From NCBI GenBank assembly GCA_000442015.1, contig KE560903.1, forward strand, positions 1 to 64,000: a stretch of DNA of 64,000 bases, written 5' to 3'. The notes under the pieces are model-generated. The model saw only the letters and a program-made list of their open reading frames with translations, was not told the DNA's origin and did no database searches. Positions within the stretch are counted from its first letter, which is position 1. Each line of letters opens with the position of its first letter. This DNA comes from Rozella allomycis CSF55 (Eukaryota). Shown here in pieces: positions 56,012 through 64,000 of this stretch. The translations under genes and the position numbers were made by a program.

Positions 56012-56569
56012 TTATTGCTTGCTGATTTTCTTTGAAACTTGGAGAGCGATACGGTCAAGATCTCTTTGGCCTTCAACAGTTATTTTGCGACCACTATTTA
56101 ATTATTTTGTTTATACATACCCAGATGGCATCTTTTCCAATACTTTAATTTTTTCAAGTGATTGCATAACTTTTCTGGCAACAGAGCCTGATCCATCAGC
56201 ATGGTGAGATGGTCTGTTACCACGGTTGACTCTACCACCATGGAGCTTTTTCAATGCACCAACACCAACACCTTGGCGCAAATAGATATGTCTGGCAACA
56301 GAAGCCGCACGAATAAAGTACCAGTCAGGGTCATATGGTGCGAGTTCTTTGTAAGCACCGGTTTTTACAATATCAACCCATTTTGGAACATCAAATTTTC
56401 CAGACTTCTTTAAATGAGCAGCATATGCAGCGATAAATGATGCGGCTGGAACATCCTTGACAGTTATACCTCCGGTAACTCTAAATATTAGATTTGCAAA
56501 TATGATATTAAAAACTAGGCTTAAAAGATGTAAGAATGTGTCAGAAACTTAAAATTACCTCTCCATCAT
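56012..56569 (-). CDS. RPS19: 40S ribosomal protein S19 (eS19)
   Basis: TVKDVPAASF, KELAPYDPDWYFIRAAS, GVGAL and GQRDLDRIA; 78-nt first intron 56481-56558. Confidence 0.97.
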
Positions 56570-56799
56570 GTGTAGACAAGGGTCTATTGGTTACGAAAAA
56601 AATTGAGGCTAAGTAGGAAATTTGGGAATTATGACCAGAGAATGAAAATTGATATAGACTGTTAAATATGACAATGTAATTAAGTTACATCAAAGGAACG
56701 TACTTATATGTAGGTTGACGAACTTGCTAATAGCATGAAGAATAGAATAGATCTCAAAAATTGTGCATTATAAACTCACAAAAAGTATCTAAGATTCCT

Positions 56800-57656
56800 G
56801 TTCTTGTTACACATTTTATTGAATTCTTGTTGATCGCTTCGATTCTTCAAACGCGTTTTTCGCAGAAATTGTCTTTTCTGATTACAATAATAGTTTTTAC
56901 TTCAAAAATAGTGATTTGTTCTTTCGAAACTCCCGAAGAATCTCGTCTATTGGTCTCATCTGCGGCTGTAATTTAAACCCATTCGATTTTTTACATCTTA
57001 TCCTGTCGTAGTAGACAGTAGACAAATTTTCCACTTTCCAGTAGTCCTCTTCTAGGGTAACAAATTTACCAAAATTATCGACAACAATTGATGCTTTTGA
57101 GTGAAAAATATCCTATGAGGTATCAATTGAATCTTTACAACACAGTCGTATATATCATACATAAGGGCTATTTCGTCGTACCAAACTATCGTGTTTTCGC
57201 CAACGTTTTGCCATCTAAAATTTTCTATTATATATCGCGCAAAAACGACTTCCGTTGAATTCACTGACTTGTACATATAACCATAAAGTTCATTCTTTTC
57301 AACAAGGATTTCGTCTAGATCAACGAAAAATAGAAATTTACGCTGGATTATTTCTTCATTCCTAAATCTGATTAAAGCCTTGGCATTCTGGACAAAGAAT
57401 GTGTCGATATAGTCTGCCCAAAAATCGATGTTTTGAAATGAATAATTGTGAAAGCCCATTTGGACCCAATTATAAGCCCTTTGGATTCGGGTTACTGCCG
57501 GATGAAATAGACTAATGGACATATTAGTATTCATCAAAGCCTGGTACGTCAGCTGATTTGCGAGTACAGTGGCACAGTCAACCTATAGGGCAATCAACGA
57601 TCGGAAACGCAGGTCAAGGAAAATGATGGACAAGGGGAATAAATTACTTCGAGCAT
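56800..57656 (-). CDS. Hypothetical protein, possibly LIM-domain-binding (LDB/Adn1)-like
   Basis: DFWADYIDTFF..NA...RF resembles the LIM_bind N-terminal motif; ends uncertain. Confidence 0.4.
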
Positions 57657-57719
57657 TTGAAATTAGATTGAAATAGCTTTGTCAGTTTGACAAGTTAATG
57701 ATCAAATAGATAATCTTCT

Positions 57720-59402
57720 TTATTGAAAAAAGCTAGATAAAACAGACTGTGCAATCCTAGTAATTCTATCAACAGTGCCATTGAAACTATCTCCGTCAAA
57801 CACGCTGGGCACACCTTTTTCTGGAGGAAAGGGATCATGTGATCTAATATCTTTAGATGCTAATTCCCGTGGCAATTTCGCGTCGGCTATTTTAAGTTCT
57901 AATGAAGAAAATTTAATTGGAATACCGCAGACAAATAGGTGACGATAAATATCCAAAGGAATTCCACTATAATTATCATCTTTGCACTGTTGGGATTTTG
58001 AAATTTCGGATTCTAACATCGGATTTGTAATGACCAACTCTAAGCCTCTTTTTATCCATTTGCTCAAATCAGGATTCTTCCATTCTGTTAGAAACCTCTC
58101 TATGTATATGGATTCTACAATCTTTAATCCAATTCTTGACTCAAGGGGAATCTGTTGAATCAATGATTCGAGGCCCAAGTTTAATCCATGACTATCGTTT
58201 AAGGCTATTACAATGCGTGGATAATATAAAATGGCTTCTGATAATAAAACTTCAGATTCCCTAGTATTTCCTGAAAGGTATGTAGCCAGGGCTACTGAAT
58301 ATTTCCAATTAGGAAGTAAAGAGAATTCTTTTTCGTGAACTTTAAATATTTCCAAAAGAGACGAATACTGTGCGCTTTTTAAGGCGTAAAAATCCATCAG
58401 TAAGCTCATGCAGTAAGGGTCTTCTTCAACGTTTAAAGAAAAAATATATTTGGAAAACTCAAAGCAGGTTCTCCAACAGCCTTTCTGACTTTGATATTTT
58501 AAATGTCGAAATAGAATAAGATAAAATTGTCTGTTTTCATAATAATTAAAAGATAATATGTTTCTAGAGTTAACTTTAAAGGTAGGGTGAAATGATCGTT
58601 CAAAGGCGTACAATGCACGCTCTATTAAGTTTGCAGCACCTTGTGCGTCCCCACTGTGGCCTAAAAAGTCACTAACTGTTAACAACGATGAAATATGGAA
58701 TGGATTACTCCTTAGTAAGTGAGAAATCATATCAAAGTCATGCATATTACAACTTTGTAAATATTGTCTTTCAATTTCTTGATATTGCATTAAATACTCA
58801 AATTTAAAACAAGAATATCCTAGTTTTAATAAACACTCGCGCTTGCCTTTATCGTCGCCTAGAAACTCCATTTTAATGCCAGGACTTTGGAATTTCGGCC
58901 AATCTGATTTGGGAAATGCCAAAATGCTGTGCACGGTTTTGTTTTTTACGCGCTTGGATTCTTGATTGACCTAATTGTAAATAACTAATCAAATTTACAA
59001 TTTTTGCTCCAAACATCCGTTTCATTTCAATTTCCGGATCTAAATATTTGGTGTTCGCAAAAATGACTTTATGTGACTCTTGTAATTCCTTAAAGCATGG
59101 TTTGTTATCATTAAATTTGCTCTCATCAAGTATATCATCAATCACAATTGACTCCTTTTTCTTTTTTAACTTTTTTTCATATTTTTTTTCCGTCAATGAA
59201 GTTAAACAGGAGAGGTCAGGACTCTGAAGTGATATTTCTTCATTTTCAAGCTGCGTTAATTAACAAACATGGAATTTACTAAATCAAACATATTTTCTTT
59301 TGCTGACACTTCTTGTACAATATCATCTGGGAAGTTTTCAATATTCTTTTCGTCGAAATGGTTATTTTTGGCTTGAAGTTTTTTTAGATTCCTGGAAGAC
59401 AT
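57720..59402 (-). CDS. RQC1: Ribosome quality control protein TCF25/Rqc1
   Basis: LDPEIEMKRMFG, NPFHISSLL, LIERALYAFE, ENRQFYL, KGCWRT and DFYALKS. Confidence 0.92.
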
Positions 59403-59546
59403 GAAATTTCGTAAACTATAGAAACTTTGTTTTTACAAAATAAGAAATACAATACCACCATTAAATCTTGACGACCTGTCATGGCAACTAATTTGGTCGC
59501 TCCGTCACTTGCATAATTACATTAAGGGTAAGCATTTTTCAAAGTA

Positions 59547-60423
59547 ATGATAAAGTTGCAAGCCGGATTCATATCTTTATTCAAAGTAAATTTCATTCAC
59601 ATTCGATTTTAGAACAACCTTCCGACCCAATCATTTTTAATTTCCGACTTGCTTCGTTTGATGGCAGACCAATTATTAGAACAACAACTTTCTTCAATGT
59701 ATAGATTATCATTAAGTAGGCCAATGACGGCTAATGTTTCGACAAATAGAAATAGTGAATCCCGTGCTGCTATCCATCGCCAAAGCTCACTTGGCCCTAC
59801 TTCAATGTTCCAGAATCCAAGATATGCCAACTCGAATACACAAGGCAGAATGAATCCTGCGTCATACATTTTGAGACAAACCATGATTAACCAACACAAC
59901 ATAAGCCCACACTTTCGCCAGAAAGTTGTTTGCAAACTAAGGTGTCGCCATTGTTCACGGACAGTCTGTATGCGTGGTATGAAAGCTATTTTACTAGCGG
60001 ATTCAAACGTAGAACTCTTCTCTACAGATCTGCCACCTAAAGGGTACAAAAACTGGGCATGTAAGATAGGGTTCAACTAGTAGAAGAAGATTACATGACA
60101 ACTAATTGCCGATGTAAAATTAGAGATCTAGCATGCCTTACTTGGTAACATTGCCTTTTGATTGATATAGCGGAAACGTAATTGGTTATCACGTTACACA
60201 GCCATGCGAGACTTGCCTGGAGTCATGCAATAATGGCCATTTTTGGATGTACATATCTGAAGGCGTTATTCCTGAAGACAGAGTTGATTGCTCCTCTGGT
60301 AATATACTTTTGTACGTTTAATTTTTTGGGTCTTGTAAGCCTCTTCTTTGGGCTCATTTACCTCTCAGTGAACATGATTCTGAAGCCACATTAGTGGTGG
60401 AAATGGATAAGGGACTACGTTAA
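59547..60423 (+). CDS. FAM72-family protein
   Basis: CRHCSRTVCMRGMKAILLADSNVELFSTDLPP, CRCKIRDLACL and GYHVTQPC..CLESCNNGHFWM. Confidence 0.9.
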
Positions 60424-60853
60424 TTTCAATAAATACAATAGACTGTTAGACATCCATATCAAATAAAATTTTATTATAGCTTAATGTCATCGTAATTTAA
60501 ATATTTAATGAAAATAGAATAGGCCGATTTTTCAACCTTTAGCCTAGAGAATGTGAATTCGTCGGGATAGACAGGATGATAGTAATGTGAATTAATTTTC
60601 TTAAAAAGATCAGTGAATAAAAAAAGTTTTTTTAAATATATCAAAATAATCAACTTTTTTATTGATTAATTAAATTCTCTGAGCGAATCAAGGCGATGAG
60701 CTGATTCTCTGCGACTTGCAGGAAATCAATTTTTGGGCGGGCTTGTTGAATCCTTAAAAATGAGTGTATCAATCTATGGGATTTTGAAATCAGAAGAATA
60801 TGAAGCCTATTTAGCAGAAAATCAATAAAATATAATACAAATTTCGTTTACAA

Positions 60854-61042
60854 AGTTTCATGAACTCTTCCGTGTCAAGAAGAAACAAGTAAAAAGCCTG
60901 TGGGGTATGAATTGCCGGGAAAATTTAAACCAAATTCTTTTTGAAAAAGATTCATTATCAAAAAATCTATGAAACACTTTTTCTTCATTGACATTTTGAA
61001 CACATTGCAGAAACATCACTAAACCTTGCAAATCTTTTATTA
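60854..61042 (+). repeat. Dispersed repeat, homolog of 2399-2584 (opposite strand)
   Basis: Same conserved blocks as listed for 2399-2584. Confidence 0.85.
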
Positions 61043-61417
61043 ATCTGTAATACTAAAAGCGGAGTTGCCATGGTAATTGGCGACTGTCGAGAATAGAACT
61101 GATCATCTTCCATGATGCCGACTCATGAGTGGGAGGACATTGTTAATGACTTACTGCTTAACTTATAGTTGTTATTTGAGTCAAAACTACTCTTTAGAGG
61201 TTTCGGATTTGGGTAAAATGGAAGAAACAATATTTTCTTTGTCAGGCTCACCTTTGATTCAAGCAATTTTGCAATATGAATACGAGTGAAGCGAGTACAA
61301 ACCATAACTGTGGACAATGTCGTGGGAACCCGGGACCGTATGTGCTAACTAGCGCGCGAACCCGGAAATATGTAAATCTATTAATGTGAGCGAAGCGATG
61401 TCAACCGCTAGAAACAA

Positions 61418-61608
61418 AATGCTTTTCGTAAAGCACAAATATGGAGAAAGATGTCTATCAAATTGCAAAATGATACGATGCTTTGTGAAAAATCACGGAC
61501 ATATTTACACAAAATGCTTAATGCTTTTCGTAAAGCACAAATATGGAGTAAGATGCCTATCAAATTGCAAAATCATACGATTCTTTGTGAAAAATCACGA
61601 ACATATTT
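61418..61608. repeat. Tandem duplication, 102-bp period, about 1.9 copies
   Basis: aatgcttttcgtaaagcacaaatatggag starts at both 61418 and 61520. Confidence 0.92.
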
Positions 61609-61849
61609 TCTATTTTGGAGTAGTTGGAGAGGCGCTGGACTTTTGAAGTCTTTGGACTTTGGCTTAATAATTAATGTATAATATTTATAATATAAAAAGA
61701 ATTATAACCACGCCCCTCGTCCACATCGAGAGAATACGGTATATTTGGAGATTTTGGAGACTCACTTAATGCTTATGAATTGATGAGTTGAAAAAGTTGA
61801 TGTCAGTGCATCTGATAAAGTCCATCTGTTGTCTCAGCCACCATATAAA

Positions 61850-63430
61850 ATGGATGTTCCCCACGAAATTTGGCTGGTTATTTTATCGCAGTTAGCCCTA
61901 AACGATGTGAAAGAAATGTCTAGAACATCAAGCTGGTTCCGTTCACTTTGTGTCGACGTAATTCTTCATCAAGCTCCTGAAAGAAGCCTTTCGTGGGATT
62001 GCCCATACCTAATTCAATTTCTGATTGCGACTGCTTGCGATAAATTGCTGAGCATAAATTTTTGTTTGGATATCCTCGAAAACAGAGATGACTGGGAAGA
62101 GTTCGCTTGCTTTCTGAATTTCACAAATCAAAAAGACACTTCTCAAAAATGTGTTAACTATGCATTCCAGTTTGTATGCCGCTATAATCTTATGCATGTA
62201 ATCCAGGATGGGGCAACGAGTGTCAGCAGTAACCGCAAGTTATTTGGTGTTGATGAAGGTTTTCAACCCGATCCGTCAGGAGACAAAACCTATGCAAATA
62301 AATTATCTGCCAGAAATATGAGAATTAGAAACCAGATACTTAACTATAGTTTGGCAAAATCAGTGATTGACAATAGTGGTGTTAATGCAGCCTTCTTTAT
62401 CGCTTGCGAAAATGGTCATATGGATATTGTCAAAATTTTACTTCAAGATTTTAGAGTTGATCCAAGTGCAAATAACAATTACGCTATTCGTCGCGCGTCC
62501 TATATAGGCCGTTCAGACGTTGTCAAACTTTTACTTCAAGATTTTAGAGTTGATCCAAGTGCAAATGACAATCATGCTATTCGTAACGCGTCCGTGAGAG
62601 GCTGTTCAGACGTTGTCAAACTTTTACTTCAAGATTTTAGAGTTGATCCAAGTGCGGATAACAATTACGCTATTCGTCGCGCGTCCGAGAGAGGTCATTC
62701 AGACGTTGTCAAACTTTTACTTCAAGATTTTAGAGTTGATCCAAGTGCGGATAACAATTACGCTATTCGTAGCGCGTCCGAGAGAGGTCATTCAGACGTT
62801 GTCAAACGTTTACTTCAAGATTTTAGAGTTGATCCAAGTGCGGATAACAATTACGCTATTCGTTGCGCGTCCGAGAGAGGCTATTCAGATGTTGTTCAAC
62901 TTTTACTTCAAGATTCTAGAGTTGATCCAAGTGCAGATAACAATTACGCTATCCGAAATTCTACCGCCAATGCCCAAGTAGAGGTCGTCAAAAATTTACT
63001 GGTAGATCCTAGAGTAGACCCAACTGTGAACAAAAATTATTGTATTCGAAAGGCTTCCGAAAGGGGTCATACAGAAGTTGTCGAACTTTTACTTCAAGAT
63101 CCTAGGGTAGACCCAACTGCGAAAAAAAATTATTGTATTCGAAAGGCTTCCACAAAAGCTCACACAGATGTCGTCAAAATTTTACTGACAGATCCTAGAG
63201 TTGATCCAAGTGCAGATAACAATTACGCTATTCGTTGGGCTTCCAAACAAGGACATGCGGATGTTGTCAAACTTTTACTTCAAGATTTTAGAGTTGATCC
63301 AAATGCACATGATAATTTCGCCATTCGCCGTGCTTCTGAAGAAGGCAATGCAGATGTTGTAAAACTTTTGCTTTCAGATCCCAGAGTAGATTCAAGCCTA
63401 GCGGATTCGCCGATTCATCTTTTTTGGTGA
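61850..63430 (+). CDS. F-box + ankyrin-repeat protein, intronless
   Basis: DVPHEIWLVILSQL...MSRTSSWFRSL F-box; about ten 34-aa VDPSADNNYAIRRASERGHSDVVKLLLQDFR repeats. Confidence 0.9.
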   Translation: MDVPHEIWLVILSQLALNDVKEMSRTSSWFRSLCVDVILHQAPERSLSWDCPYLIQFLIATACDKLLSINFCLDILENRDDWEEFACFLNFTNQKDTSQKCVNYAFQFVCRYNLMHVIQDGATSVSSNRKLFGVDEGFQPDPSGDKTYANKLSARNMRIRNQILNYSLAKSVIDNSGVNAAFFIACENGHMDIVKILLQDFRVDPSANNNYAIRRASYIGRSDVVKLLLQDFRVDPSANDNHAIRNASVRGCSDVVKLLLQDFRVDPSADNNYAIRRASERGHSDVVKLLLQDFRVDPSADNNYAIRSASERGHSDVVKRLLQDFRVDPSADNNYAIRCASERGYSDVVQLLLQDSRVDPSADNNYAIRNSTANAQVEVVKNLLVDPRVDPTVNKNYCIRKASERGHTEVVELLLQDPRVDPTAKKNYCIRKASTKAHTDVVKILLTDPRVDPSADNNYAIRWASKQGHADVVKLLLQDFRVDPNAHDNFAIRRASEEGNADVVKLLLSDPRVDSSLADSPIHLFW

Positions 63431-63773
63431 AGGTAGTGTAGAATTGTGATAAAATAAATTACCAAAAATTAACATTAAACATAGCGATTTATTTCCTATG
63501 TAGTAAAATTTAAGCCAAAGGTTGATATTTTGGGCAACTATTTGTTTGTTTTGTGTTCTATGTTTGATAGAACAAAACACAAATAGTTTTTTAATGTGCG
63601 GAGCCCTTTGTAATGCATATTTAAAGTATAAAAATCAAAACTTTGGTCTTATTCTATTTTTAAATTGAGTTTTTGCACTTGGTATTTCTGAATACATGAA
63701 TTATTCTTGAAGTTAGTCAGCCTTGCCTGTATGCCAATGTTTTTGTTCTCTTCGCCAAAATAACTGGCGAAAC

Positions 63774-63970
63774 CCGAGATGAACTATCGAAGCTTCGACG
63801 CTGACCAGAAGTCCAGAATATGTTTCGAGTCAGCGTCGAAACCGCATAGTCATAATAATTCATTTTGTTACAGATCTTAATTCTTGTAACACATTGATGA
63901 GATTATCTTCAAGCTGGTTCAAGCAAAACAACTTCTGACTAGCTTCGAAGCGTCCATCGTTCATAGCCCG
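63774..63970. repeat. Imperfect inverted-repeat (MITE-like) structure
   Basis: 63778-63812 is an imperfect reverse complement of 63931-63965; nested 12-bp IR ttcgacgctgac/gtcagcgtcgaa. Confidence 0.6.
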
Positions 63971-64000
63971 TAAAGCCATAGAGATTCTGTTATGTTTAAT

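Noticed and set aside
59609-60076. 155-aa minus-strand ORF
   Set aside because: Antisense to the conserved FAM72 gene
61386-61681. ORFs over the 102-bp tandem repeat, vaguely CCCH-like
   Set aside because: Cys/His spacing does not fit; no support for coding
62613-62981. Repetitive 122-aa alternative-frame ORF, and a CRISPR-like look of the repeats
   Set aside because: Off-frame reading of the ankyrin repeats; there are no unique spacers

Overview
AT-rich, very gene-dense eukaryotic genomic DNA with many ultra-short (about 26-32 nt) GT-AG introns and tiny intergenic spacers. The gene content (CatSper2, Kv channel, RalGAPB, PX-SGK, Ssk2-type MAPKKK, chitin deacetylase, Uma2 and Crinkler-like nucleases) fits a flagellated early-diverging fungus such as a Rozella-like cryptomycete; this is inferred, not proven. 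About 33 protein genes and two tRNA-Asp genes fill 5.1-60.4 kb, and both ends are repeat-rich and degenerate. Main observations: (1) a TIR element inserted in an Artemis/SNM1 gene, whose TIRs carry GT/AG sites that would splice it out in frame; (2) an apparently length-governed micro-intron system using AAG/GAG acceptors; (3) kb-scale GC-skew reversals inside single genes; (4) a histone H3 with a 3-aa insertion between K27 and K36 and a palindromic E2F-type site upstream; (5) a Uma2 nuclease-C2H2-NLS gene beside an inverted copy of a CatSper2 fragment. Single Ns at 1601, 5092, 14343, 14617, 15822 and 51131 mark assembly joins, several with duplicated flanks. All gene models were spliced by eye, so ends are approximate.
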